The position numbers were made by a program, and so were the translations under genes. Below the pieces are notes generated by a model. That model saw only the letters and a list, made by a program, of their open reading frames with translations. It was not told where the DNA came from and did no database searches. Shown here in pieces: positions 26,161 through 36,600 of a stretch of DNA of 64,000 nucleotides. Position 1 is the first letter of the stretch, and the number at the start of each line of letters is the position of its first letter. This DNA comes from Myxococcales bacterium (lineage in GTDB: Bacteria > Myxococcota_A > UBA9042 > JABWCM01 > BTVJ01): the NCBI GenBank assembly GCA_045863395.1, contig BTVJ01000014.1, positions 75,309 through 139,308 of the forward strand, in the 5' to 3' direction.

Positions 26161-28731
26161 ATGAGCCGCTCCACGCTCCGCTCGGCCCTCATCGCGGTCC
26201 TGCTGGTGGCCTCCACTGCCCGCGCCGATGTCATCGCGGTGCAGGGGCTGCTGCGGGACACCGGCGGCCAGCCTCTGTCCCAGACCTCGTTCTCCGTCAC
26301 GTTCCGCGTGTGGTCGGCGCAGAGCGGTGGGTCGGTCCTCTATACGCAGGCCGTGCCAGGGCTGGCCGTGGACAAGGGCGTGTTCGACGCCGAGCTGGGG
26401 CCGCTCCCGGCGGGCCTGTTCTCGGCCAACCTCCAGACCTGGCTCGAGGTGCAGGTGGACGGCGAGACGGCGCTCCCGCGGACGCCGTTCCGGTGGACGC
26501 CCTACGCGCTCCACGCGGGGCGAGCGACCCTGGCGGACGCCGCCTCGGCCCTGAGCTGCTCCGGCTGTGTGACGACGAGCCAGGTGGCCTCAAACGCCGT
26601 CGGGAGCGGCGCAATCCAGGCGCAGTCGGTCACAGCGGCCAAGATCGCTCCTGGCGCTCTTGAGTCGCTGGGGTTCGTCAAGCTCACCAACCTCGCGGAC
26701 GTGGCGCTGTCCGGCAGCTACCTGGATCTCTCCGACGCCCCGGACCTGGCCGCCTATGCGCGGAAGGACGCGACCAACGTGTTCACGCAGCCCCAGGGGT
26801 TCACGGGCCAGGTGACGGCGTCCGGGGGCCTCCTGGTGGCGGGCGGCACAGCCGATGTCACCGCGGTCGTCACCAAGGGGCTGCGCGTGGAGGGTGCCGG
26901 GAGCGCTCCCGCGGCCTGCAACGGGGCCGCCGCCGGGCGCGTCTACTTCGACACGGGGACGAAGCTGCTGCAGGTGTGCGATGGCACCGCGTGGAAGCCG
27001 GTCGGGGCGGCGGGGGCGCGGGCCATCCTGTCGATGGCTCCCGTGGCGACGGACTTCGGCAAGACGACGAGCGCGGTGTCCAAGTCCATCGCGATCACGA
27101 ACGTGGGCGACGCGGCGGCCACCGGCCTCGCGCTTTCCGCCACGCCGGACCAGGGCTTCACCATCGCGTCCACCACCTGCGGGGGCACGCTGGCGGCTGG
27201 TGCGTCGTGCGCGGCGACCGTCACCTTCAACCCTGGCGGGCTCGTGTCGGGCGCTCACGCGGGTGCCCTGGCGGTCGAGTCCGCCACCGCCGCATCCACC
27301 GCCGCCGTCCTGACCGGGACCGCGGGCGTGCTCCTGGGCAACACCCCGTCAACGGCCGCGGAGAGCTGCCTCGCGATCCTCCAGGCGGGTCAGACGGAGA
27401 GCGGGGTCTACTGGCTCGCGCCCGCCGACGGCGGCCAGGCGCAACCCTTCCAGGTCTACTGCGACCAGGCGTCCGACGGGGGCGGCTGGGCCCTCGTGCT
27501 GAACCAGGTCGCGACGACCTACTACACGCTCCTGAGCCGCAACGCCGTCCTGACGACCCTCCAGACCCCCGGCGGGCACGAGCAGGTCCAGGCGATCTTC
27601 TCCAACGCGGCGGAGATCCGGTACACGGACACGGGGGGGACGGAGCTCCTCCACGCGGCCCTCGACGGACCCACGTACTGGGCCGCCCTCCAGAGCACGG
27701 TCTCCGTCCCCGTGCCTGTCACCTACCTGGCGGGGCCGCTCTCGGGCAAGGCGCGCAACATCGAGGTGCGCAACCTCTACCACTGGGGCCACCGGCACAA
27801 CGTCCCCTACGTCAACGGCGTCGCCACGAACGTGCTGGACGTCTACGGTGCGGGCTGTCTGCACACCTGCTGGGAGGACACGAACACCGTGGATCGTGTC
27901 TTCGCGGGTGACCACTGCAACAGCGCCACGAGCCCGTCCTTCTGCCCCGGCACGAGCCCGGTCTACACCTTCCCGGCCAACTCCACGCGGGGCGGCACCT
28001 TCAACTACCGCAAGTGGGTGCGCGCGGCGCCCGTCTCGACGGGCCCCGGCACCTCCCAGGGCACTGCGGGCGCGAGCTGCCTGGACCTGCTCCAGAAGGG
28101 GGTCACGCAGAGCGGCGCCTATTGGATCAAGCCAGCCGGCGCCACGGCTGCGTTCCGCATCCACTGCGACCAGACCACACTCGGGGGTGGCTGGATGTTG
28201 GTGTTCAGCCAGGTGTCCTCCACCTACTACACGCTGACCAGCCAGAACGCCGACCTGGTGAGCCCGTCCATCGCTGGCGGCCAGAAGCAGATCTTCACCA
28301 TCCTGCCGAACATCAGCCAGATCCGGTACACGGACGAGGCCGGGACGACCTTCCTCCACGCCACCATCGACGGCCCGGCCTACGCCTCGGCCCTCCAGCA
28401 GTCCACGTCGCGGGCCGTCGAGGTGACGTACCAGGGGGGGCCCCTCGCGGGCAAGACCCGGTACATCGAGGTGCGCAACCTCTTCCACTGGGGCCACCGC
28501 AACAACACGCCGACGGTGGACGGCAAGCAGACGGCTGTCAACGACGTCTACGGCGACGCCTGCCGGCACGTGTGCTGGGAGGACACCAACGCCGTCGATC
28601 GGGTCTTCGCCGGGGACCACTGCCCGAGCGCGACGTCGCCGTCCTTCTGTCCGGCCACGGGGTCGTCCTACACGTTCCCGTCGAGCTCGACCCGGGGAGG
28701 GACCTTCAACTACCGGAAGTGGGTGCGGTGA
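26161..28731 (+). CDS. Secreted fibre/adhesin-like protein: N-terminal fibre-type domain, Ig-like domain, two fibrinogen-like domains
   Basis: ATG 26161 after AAGGAGG; signal peptide (ARA-DV); QGLLRD..G.PL...PYALHA; ITNVGD...C..TLAAGASC..TVTF; two copies of SCLxxLQxGxTxSGxYW...CDQ...GGGWxLV. Confidence 0.85.
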   Translation: MSRSTLRSALIAVLLVASTARADVIAVQGLLRDTGGQPLSQTSFSVTFRVWSAQSGGSVLYTQAVPGLAVDKGVFDAELGPLPAGLFSANLQTWLEVQVDGETALPRTPFRWTPYALHAGRATLADAASALSCSGCVTTSQVASNAVGSGAIQAQSVTAAKIAPGALESLGFVKLTNLADVALSGSYLDLSDAPDLAAYARKDATNVFTQPQGFTGQVTASGGLLVAGGTADVTAVVTKGLRVEGAGSAPAACNGAAAGRVYFDTGTKLLQVCDGTAWKPVGAAGARAILSMAPVATDFGKTTSAVSKSIAITNVGDAAATGLALSATPDQGFTIASTTCGGTLAAGASCAATVTFNPGGLVSGAHAGALAVESATAASTAAVLTGTAGVLLGNTPSTAAESCLAILQAGQTESGVYWLAPADGGQAQPFQVYCDQASDGGGWALVLNQVATTYYTLLSRNAVLTTLQTPGGHEQVQAIFSNAAEIRYTDTGGTELLHAALDGPTYWAALQSTVSVPVPVTYLAGPLSGKARNIEVRNLYHWGHRHNVPYVNGVATNVLDVYGAGCLHTCWEDTNTVDRVFAGDHCNSATSPSFCPGTSPVYTFPANSTRGGTFNYRKWVRAAPVSTGPGTSQGTAGASCLDLLQKGVTQSGAYWIKPAGATAAFRIHCDQTTLGGGWMLVFSQVSSTYYTLTSQNADLVSPSIAGGQKQIFTILPNISQIRYTDEAGTTFLHATIDGPAYASALQQSTSRAVEVTYQGGPLAGKTRYIEVRNLFHWGHRNNTPTVDGKQTAVNDVYGDACRHVCWEDTNAVDRVFAGDHCPSATSPSFCPATGSSYTFPSSSTRGGTFNYRKWVR

Positions 28732-28794
28732 CGGAGACGAGCGCGGTGGCCGGTCGCGCTCCTCGATGGGCGCGGCTGCCCCTGCACACGCGGC

Positions 28795-29658
28795 TCATCT
28801 CCAGGTGGTCAGCGCCTCTCGGGTGCCGGTGTGCATGGTCCAGTGGCCGGTGAGCACCCACCCCATGCCGCGCTCGTGGTACATGGCGTAGCCGCGCTCG
28901 CCGAGCAGCGAACGCAGCTTCCGCTCCGTCCGGGAGCGCTCCGTGTCCAGCTTGCGCCACGCCTCGTGGACCGTCAGCTCGCGCCGCTGGAGCGCCGCCT
29001 GGGTCCGCTCGATGACGTCCACCTCGTGGTCCAGCAGGCGCTGGAGGTCTCGGCGGCCACGCGCCGACAGGTTTGCGTCCCGGGCGAAGCGCGCCAGGTC
29101 CGCGGCGCGGGCAGCCGTCAGCTCCTCCTCCTGCACGGCACGGTCCTCCTCCTCCCGTGCAGCCAGCTCCTCGCGGACGATGCGCCGCAGGTCCTCCTCC
29201 GTCGGCGCCGGGGGCGCTGCCTCGACCGGCTCCTCCAGATCGAGCAGGTCGGGCTCCTCGTCGTCGACCGCGATGTCGGGCTCCGGCGCAGGCTCGACCT
29301 CGGGGACTGGCACGGGCTGCGCGACCACCGGCGCAGGGCGGCTCGTCACCCGGTAGTACCGCTCCCCGGTGCGCGGGTCCTCCATCTCGTGCATGGTGAT
29401 GGCGCCGCGGCTCAGCTCGAGACCGGTCGGGATGCCCGGTCCTGCCTCGGGCTCGGGGCCCGACTCCCTCTCGGGCGGCGATGTCACCTCCTCGGCAGGG
29501 GGACCCAGGTCGGGGCCTGGCACGGGAGCGTCCGTCGGCGGGGCCTCGATGGCGACGGTGGTGGGGCCTTGGGGGGATGGCCGGTCGGTCAGTGACCAGA
29601 TGGCCACGGCGGCGGCAGCGACGAACAGCGCCCAGGGGAGCACGACGCGCAGCTTCAT
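28795..29658 (-). CDS. Membrane-anchored hypothetical protein with Pro/Glu-rich linker and helical C-terminal domain
   Basis: ATG 29658 after GAGGAGG; N-terminal TM VVLPWALFVAAAAVAIW. Confidence 0.65.
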   Translation of the reverse strand: MKLRVVLPWALFVAAAAVAIWSLTDRPSPQGPTTVAIEAPPTDAPVPGPDLGPPAEEVTSPPERESGPEPEAGPGIPTGLELSRGAITMHEMEDPRTGERYYRVTSRPAPVVAQPVPVPEVEPAPEPDIAVDDEEPDLLDLEEPVEAAPPAPTEEDLRRIVREELAAREEEDRAVQEEELTAARAADLARFARDANLSARGRRDLQRLLDHEVDVIERTQAALQRRELTVHEAWRKLDTERSRTERKLRSLLGERGYAMYHERGMGWVLTGHWTMHTGTREALTTWR

Positions 29659-29758
29659 GCGGTCCTCCTCGGCCGGGTCACGCCGGCCTGCGAGCGACAC
29701 CCGCTCCTGTCATGGTAGCACTCCTGGACGGTGATGCGTAGGCGGGTTCCTGTGCGCG

Positions 29759-30439
29759 TCAGGACGGCGCGCTGGCCGGGGGCGTGCCGGCGTGGGCCCG
29801 AAGCGCACCGACGAGCAGGTCGATGCCCACGTTGGCGGCGGCGATGCGCTCCGCGTCGGTCTGCACGAGCTGGAAGACCCGCTCCACGACGAAGCTCGCG
29901 AGCCCGTGGGCGGTCGCCCACACCGTCCGGTAGAGGTCCGCGACCCGGTCGTCGCCGGGCGGGAGGGCGGCGCGCCACCGCGCCAGGAGCTCCTCGCGGG
30001 CAGCCTCGGCTGGAGCGAGGCGCGCCCGTGCGTCCGGGACCAGGCCCAGCCCCTCCGTCGTCGGACGCGAGAACTGGAGCCTGAACCAGTGCGGGTTGGC
30101 TGCCGCGAAGCGCACGTAGGTCGTGGCGAAGCGCGAGATCGAGTCGAATGCGTCCCGCGCGCCGCTCTGGGCCTCCTGCTGTGCCTCCACGAAGCGCAGG
30201 AAGCCGCGCACCGCCACCTCTGCCAGCAGCGCCTCGCGGCTGTCGAAGTGCCGGTAGAGGGCTGCGTCGCTCACGCCGAGCCGCTTCGCCAGGCCCCTCA
30301 TGGTGAGCGCGCCGTGACCCTCGCTCTCGACCATCGCCGTGGCCGCGACCACGAGCTGCTCGGCGAGGTCGCCGTGGTGGAAGCGCCCGGGCTCCTTGGG
30401 CCTTGGGCGCCCCTTGTTGACAGCGTCGGGGGATCTCAT
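29759..30439 (-). CDS. TetR/AcrR family regulator with WHG-type C-terminal domain
   Basis: FHHGDL, LTMRGLAKRLGVSDAALYRHF, WATAHGLA. Confidence 0.92.
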   Translation of the reverse strand: MRSPDAVNKGRPRPKEPGRFHHGDLAEQLVVAATAMVESEGHGALTMRGLAKRLGVSDAALYRHFDSREALLAEVAVRGFLRFVEAQQEAQSGARDAFDSISRFATTYVRFAAANPHWFRLQFSRPTTEGLGLVPDARARLAPAEAAREELLARWRAALPPGDDRVADLYRTVWATAHGLASFVVERVFQLVQTDAERIAAANVGIDLLVGALRAHAGTPPASAPS

Positions 30440-30456
30440 GTTAGTGTCTCTAACAT
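30438..30456. promoter_or_regulatory. TetR operator palindrome
   Basis: ATGTTAG-TGTCT-CTAACAT, perfect 7-bp arms, between the divergent tetR and cupin genes. Confidence 0.75.
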
Positions 30457-30491
30457 AGCACGGCAGTCCATCACACCATCCGGAGCGCAGC

Positions 30492-31172
30492 ATGTCATAC
30501 TCACACGCGGACGCCAGTTCCAGGATGCAGCCCGGGGGCGGTGGCCCGGGCGCCGGCCTCGCGGAGGCCGGTCCGCGCGGTCCGGGGGGGGCGGGGGAGG
30601 CACCACTCCCGACCGCCTGGACCCCGACGCGCTACGAGCTCGCCTCGAAGCCCACCGGGGAGCACTTCGCGTTCGTCGCATCGGCGCGCACGTCCCCGGA
30701 CAAGCGCTTCCGCTTCGTCTGGACGCTGGCCGGAGGAAAGACCGGGCCGGGCGAGCACGTCCACGAGGAGGAGGAGGAGGTCTTCGAGATCGTCTCGGGC
30801 ACCCTCAGGATCTGGATGAACGGTGTGCCGGGCGACTACGGACCGGGGCAGCGCTGCGTGGTGCGACGGGGCACGCGACACCGGTTTCTCAACCCTGGGA
30901 CGGTGCCGGCCGTGGTCAACGTGCACCTCGACGGGCCGCGCATGGAGGACGTCCTGGTCCCCGTCGCGGTCGCCGCCCATGGTCGCGCGCTCCGAGTCGG
31001 TGACCTGGCGCGCATGTTCTCAGGCTTCATCAGGCCGTACGCCTCGACACCGGTCGGGACCGTCGCGCCGGCGATCATGAGTGGGATCGTGGCGCTCCTC
31101 CGGTTCGCGGGGCTCAGGCCCCACCCGCCGGCCCACGGCTGGGACGCACCCGACCCGGTGGCACGAGGGTAG
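30492..31172 (+). CDS. Cupin domain protein
   Basis: EHVHEEEEEVFEIVSG...GTRHRFLN cupin motifs. Start uncertain (30492 or 30525). Confidence 0.8.
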   Translation: MSYSHADASSRMQPGGGGPGAGLAEAGPRGPGGAGEAPLPTAWTPTRYELASKPTGEHFAFVASARTSPDKRFRFVWTLAGGKTGPGEHVHEEEEEVFEIVSGTLRIWMNGVPGDYGPGQRCVVRRGTRHRFLNPGTVPAVVNVHLDGPRMEDVLVPVAVAAHGRALRVGDLARMFSGFIRPYASTPVGTVAPAIMSGIVALLRFAGLRPHPPAHGWDAPDPVARG

Positions 31173-31607
31173 GCGCGCCCGGACGCCACGGCCGCCCGGC
31201 CTGCGGAGCGCGTGGTCTCCGCCCCTCGTCTCGTGCTCTCCCCGCGGCCCGCCCGACGCATCGGCGCCGCCCGCAGTGGCCCAACCCCAGGGCTGCGCTC
31301 CTCCCCTGGCACCGGAGTGTGGCGTCGCGGTCGCGCGTGGGGGCGGCTCGTCTGCTGCGAGGGTGCTCCCGCGCGTCATCGGCTCCGAGCGGCGCCTGCT
31401 CCCGCCGGGAGTGCGGGCGCACTTGCGCGGAAGCCGAACCCGGGAGGGCCAAGGTGTCTCCCCCGGGGACAGCGCGCCGCGATCTGAGGTAGTCTCCACG
31501 CGCGCGAGCCCGCACGCCTCGCGACGGCCACGCCCCGCGCGCGAGGTGGCGCCCATGGCGCCGTGCGGGATCCTTGCGCGGCAGCCTGGAGAGGAGACCC
31601 CGACCCC

Positions 31608-33641
31608 GTGACCCGAGCCGCCCCCCTGCTGATCGCCGCCGCGCTCCAGGTTGCCGGCTGTGGCGCGATCCGTTTCGGGGAGCTGGACCCACCGCCTGGG
31701 CGCCTCATGGTGGTCGGCGTGTCCCTGGAGGGCAACAGCGCGCTGTCCACGGGAGACGTGGAGGACCAGATCGCCACCTACTCAGAGAACTTCTCCATCA
31801 CCGGGGACAAGCCTCTGCTCGATCGGGCCGCCCTGCCGGCGGACGCGCGCCGTATCGAGAGCATCTATGCGGCGAACGGCTACTTCGACGCGCGGGTCGT
31901 CGAGTATCGGGTCGTAGCGCGTGACGACAAGACCGTGCGGGTGCAGTTCCACGTGCAGGAGGGCGACCCGACGCGGGTGGCGGAGGTGCTCACCGAGGGC
32001 ATCGACGACACCGAAGTAGCGGGCGAGGGGGAGCAGGCGGTGCTCCTTCGGGAGGTGAGGGACAGGCTCCCGGACCTGATCGGCCTGGAGGTGGGGGAGA
32101 TCTGGACGGAGGACGCGTGGCGGCTGGCGAAGGCGCGGGTCCAGCGCGCCCTCGTGGAGCGGGGGTTCGTCTACGCCGAGGTCATCGGCGCGGTCAACGT
32201 GGACCGGGACGAGCGCACGGCCGGGCTGGTCCTGCAGGTGTCCCACGGGCCGCTCACGCGTGTGAAAGACGTGGTCGTGCGCGGCTCCGTCCAGATCCCG
32301 CCGGAGCGCATCATGCGGCGCGTCGGGCTGGAGACCGGCCAGGTGGTGATCCCCTCTGCGCTGCGAGACACGGAGGTCGACATCTACGACCTGGGGGCGT
32401 TCTACTCGGTGACGGCGGCGCCCGTCCGCAAGTCCGCCGCGGAGCGGCTCGACGGCGCGCAGCCGACCCTCCAGAACCTGGAGGCCATCGAGTGGGACCC
32501 GGACGTGACCGTCGAGGTGGTGGTGCAGGAGATGCCGATCCACGAGGTGCGCGCGGGAATTGGCGCCGGCATCGACAACAAGCGGAGCGAGGCCTACGTC
32601 AGCGGCGGCTACCAGAACCGCAACCTCTTCGGTGATCTTCGCTTCCTCGACCTGTCGGTGGCCCCGTCTCTCATCGTGCTCCCGGGCTTCTTCGAGCCCA
32701 CCAAGCTGGCACCTGGCTTGGACACGGGCGCCGTGTTCAAGCAGCCCTCCCTCCTCACGGAGCACCTGCTGTTCACGCTGACCGGGCGCTATGAGCTGGA
32801 GGCCGAGCTGTCCTACCAGACCCACAAGGTGACGGCGACGCCCATGCTGTCGCACCGGTTCTTCGGTTTCCTGACGGTCTTTGTCGCGTACAGCGTCGAA
32901 TTTCATAACTTCTTCGGCTTTGAAGACGCCAAACCGTCTCTGTCGCTGGAGGACACGCTGGGGCTCGCGTTTCGTGAGACCTATCTCATCTCCATGCTCC
33001 AGCAGGGGGTCGTCATCGATCTGAGGGACAACGTGTACGACCCCCGCAACGGGGTGTTCGCGTCCATCGCCGTCGAGGAGGCGCTGACGGCCATCGGCAG
33101 CGACTTCCACTTCTACCGCCTGCTGGGCGACGTCCGGGGCTTCGTCCAGGCGGCCGACTGGCTGGTCTTCGGGGCGCGGGTCAAGGGGGGGCACGTCTTC
33201 AACGACTACGGCGGAGAGGTGCCCCTCAGCGCGCGGTTCAAGGGGGGCGGCCCGTCCGACATGCGCGGGTTCGGCTCCCTGCGCATGGGGCCGGTGGTGT
33301 GCCAGAGCGACGGAAAAGTGACCACCGTGACCACCGACGACATCGGGTGCCCGGCGGGCTCCGGTGACCCCCTCTACGTCGGCGGGAGCACCATGATCGA
33401 GGGGAGCCTGGAGGCCCGCGTCTACCTCCCGTGGAACTTTGGACTCGTGGCCTTCGTGGACGTCGGGGAGGTGTGGGCACAGGCGCAGGACGTGGACCTG
33501 GAGCTGCTCAACATCGCCGTGGGTCCGGGGCTCCGGTACTACACGCCCTTCGGGCCCATCCGCGCGGACCTGGGGTTCCTCCTGACGACCCCGAACCCCC
33601 CGGAGTTGGTGTTCCACCTCAGCATCGGGCAGGCCTTCTGA
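31608..33641 (+). CDS. tamA: Omp85-family TamA/BamA-like outer membrane protein with POTRA domains
   Basis: POTRA-like segments (YAANGYFDA, ERGFVYAEV), RFKGGGPSDMRGF, GLRYYTPFGPIRAD, C-terminal IGQAF; adjacent tamB. Confidence 0.85.
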   Translation: MTRAAPLLIAAALQVAGCGAIRFGELDPPPGRLMVVGVSLEGNSALSTGDVEDQIATYSENFSITGDKPLLDRAALPADARRIESIYAANGYFDARVVEYRVVARDDKTVRVQFHVQEGDPTRVAEVLTEGIDDTEVAGEGEQAVLLREVRDRLPDLIGLEVGEIWTEDAWRLAKARVQRALVERGFVYAEVIGAVNVDRDERTAGLVLQVSHGPLTRVKDVVVRGSVQIPPERIMRRVGLETGQVVIPSALRDTEVDIYDLGAFYSVTAAPVRKSAAERLDGAQPTLQNLEAIEWDPDVTVEVVVQEMPIHEVRAGIGAGIDNKRSEAYVSGGYQNRNLFGDLRFLDLSVAPSLIVLPGFFEPTKLAPGLDTGAVFKQPSLLTEHLLFTLTGRYELEAELSYQTHKVTATPMLSHRFFGFLTVFVAYSVEFHNFFGFEDAKPSLSLEDTLGLAFRETYLISMLQQGVVIDLRDNVYDPRNGVFASIAVEEALTAIGSDFHFYRLLGDVRGFVQAADWLVFGARVKGGHVFNDYGGEVPLSARFKGGGPSDMRGFGSLRMGPVVCQSDGKVTTVTTDDIGCPAGSGDPLYVGGSTMIEGSLEARVYLPWNFGLVAFVDVGEVWAQAQDVDLELLNIAVGPGLRYYTPFGPIRADLGFLLTTPNPPELVFHLSIGQAF

Positions 33642-36600
33642 TGGCCCGGCAACCCAAGACCCCGAAGAGACGGAGCCGCCTCCGGCGGGTGCTTCGGTGG
33701 CTCCTCATCGGGTTGGGCTCGCTCCTTGGGCTCGTGGTGCTCGCGGTGGGGGCGGTGCTCGTCCTGCTCCACACGGACTGGGGCAGGGCGGTGGCCGCGC
33801 GCGCCGGCCTCCGCGCCCTCAACGACATGGTGCGCGGGGAGGTGCGCGTCGAGCGGCTGGAGGGGAGCGTCTTCGGGGGCTTGGCGGTCGTTGGTGCGGA
33901 GGTGCGGGACCCGGAGGGGGAGCTGGTCGCCAGCGCCGCCCGCATCGAGGTGGAGTGGGATCCCTGGGCGCTCCTCGGCGAGCGCGTGGCGATCCATCGA
34001 GTGCGGGTGGTCGAGCCATCCTTCACGCTCGGTGACGCGGAGGGGCGCATCGCCGTGGCGCGCGCCTTCGAGCCGGTGAGCCCGTCGGTGTCCCCGCCGT
34101 CCACGGAGCCATCGGCCTGGGCGATCCTCGTGGAGCGCGCGGTCATCGAGCGCGGGACGTTCTCCATGGGGCCCGGCCAGGGAGAGCTGCACGTCGCGGA
34201 CCTGGAGCTGGATGTGGCGGTGTCCGTCGTCCTTGCAGGTGACCTCGTCTGGGAGGGCCTGGAGCTGTCGGCGACCATTCCCCCGGTCGGGGCCGTCCGG
34301 GTGGCCTCCAGCGGGCGCCTCGGCCCCGCGGGGCTCCGCATCGACGCCGCTCGGGTGGAGGCGGCTGGGAGCCGCGTGGTCGCGCGAGGGCGGGTCGGCA
34401 CGCTGGACCGGCCCCGGGGCGACGTGAACATCGAGGCCCGGCTGGACCTCGACGCCGTCGCAGCCGCCCTCCCCGACGTTCCGCTCACGGGGACCATGGA
34501 CGTGTCCGGGCGCCTCCATGGGGGCTACGACGGCGCCACCCTGGCGCTGCGCCTCGACGGCGCCGGGGGGCACGCCACGGCGCAGGCCTGGGCGGCGCTG
34601 GCCTCGGGGGGCATGCGCTGGGAGGCGAGCGTTCAGGGGCGCAAGCTGGCGCCCGGGCGCGTCATGCGGGGACTCGACCTCCCGCTGGTCGCCGATGTGG
34701 ACGTGACCGCGCGTGGCAAGGGGGGGATCCCCGCGGGGCGGGCCTCGGCGTCGGTGGAGCTGCTGCGACTCGAAGGAGCGCCTGCGCCGCCGCTGCCGCT
34801 GACCCTCGCGGCCACCCTCGACGACGGGCGCGCCAGGGCCCATGTGCGCAGCGCGGGCAAGGGGGTGGAGCGCGTGGACGTCTGGGCGGACGCGCGCATC
34901 GCCGAGCCCCGCGCGGGGCTGGAGAAGGGCGCCCCCGCCCGTGTGACCCCCGCCGCGGCGGCCCCCTTGGGCGGGACCGTCGGCTGGGACGTGCGCGGCC
35001 TCGACCTGCGCCTGATCGGAGCGCTCACGGGCATGCCGGACCTGGCAGGGCGCGTCGACGTGCTCTCGGGCGTCGCGAGAGCAGCGCTTCCCGATGGGGG
35101 GGCGCCGTCGGTCAGCGCGACGGTGGCGCTGACCGCTCACGAGGTGCACGCGCAAGGGGTGGACGCGGAGCGGGTGCAGCTCCGCGGGGCGGGCTCGTGG
35201 GCAGGGGGGCTGCCCGACGCCGCGGTGGACGTGACCGTGAACGGCGCGCGGGGGTACGACGGCGCCGTGAGCCGCGTGCGCGCGTCGGTCCGCGTGGCCG
35301 AGCGTGGCGGGGAGGCCCACGCCCGGGGGCGTGTCCGGGTGGACGACGCTCGCTGGCGGGAGGCCGCGGTGGCCCACCTCACGGTCCCCTTCGAGGCGAC
35401 GAGCCCGCTGGACGCTCGGCGGCTCCCGGTCGGGCGGGTGGCCGTCTCGCTCCAGGACGCGCGCTTCGAGGAGCACTCCATCGCTACCCTGAGCACGGAC
35501 CAGGTGCTCACTCACGTAGGTCGCTCGGATCGGACCACGGGGCCCCTCCGCGCCACGGGGTTGCGCAGCGGGGGGATGTCGCTGGCGTCCGTGACGGGGA
35601 GGGTGGGCGCCCGCAAGGGGGGCGTGACGGGCCTGGTGCGCATCGACGCCGCGCTGGCGGCTCTCGGTGCACGCCTCGGGCCCCATGAGCGCGCTGCGCG
35701 GGTTGGACTGGACGCGCGGGTGCGGCTGACGCCAGGGCGCGCGGGTGTCGCGGCGGAGGGCACCGTCGAGGTGCAGGACCTCCGGGCGGCGCGCCTCGTC
35801 CAGGTGGCGGCCGCCCGCGCTCGCTTCGATGCGGTGGTGGGGCGTGGCAACCCGGTGGCCAACGCCACGGTGCAGGCTACGGGGGTGGCGCTACCCGAGC
35901 GCACCCTGGACTCGGTGGACCTGAGAGCCGCGTTGGCGGCCGACGGGAGGGTCAGCCTGGCGGGCTCGGCGCAGGGGGGCGATGTGCGCCTGTCCGTGGA
36001 CGCGACCGGGGCGCTGCCACGCGGACCTCGGGACCCCATCGCCGTGACCCTGCGCGAGCTCCGCCTGGAGGGACCCGAGGCTGGCATCGCGTCGACGGGC
36101 TCGGCCACCGTGCGCATCGATCCCGGCGGCGACCTGGAGGTCCGGGGGCTGGAGCTTGCGGGTCTCGGCGAGCTCCCCGGGTCCATCGTCGTCGACGGGG
36201 CCTGGGGGCCCAGGCGCTTCGACGGGCGGGTGGACGTGCGCGCGCTCCCTGTCGCCCGCTGGGTGGAGGCGGCTCGCCACCTGACGGGCCTCGACACCAT
36301 CGCGCTGCCGGGCGTCGAGGGCACGGTGACGGTGGAGGCGACCACGGCAGGACCCCCTGGGGCGCCAACGATCTACGCAAAGGTCGGGGTGGAGGGCGGC
36401 GCCGTGGGCGGCATGGACGGCGTGGGAGCGAACCTGGAGGCGTGGCTGGAGCCGGGGTGGGCGCACGTGAAGGGCCACGCCGCGTGGCGTGGCGAGAGCC
36501 GCATCGAACTGGACGTGCGGGTGCCCTTCGCTGTGTCCGCGGTGCCGCTCGCCTTCACCTGGGTGGAGGACCAGCCGGTCTCGGCGCGAGTCGACCTGGA

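Noticed and set aside
26161..28731. Prophage tail-fibre gene
   Set aside because: Has a Sec signal peptide; no phage structural, integrase or lysis genes in the window.
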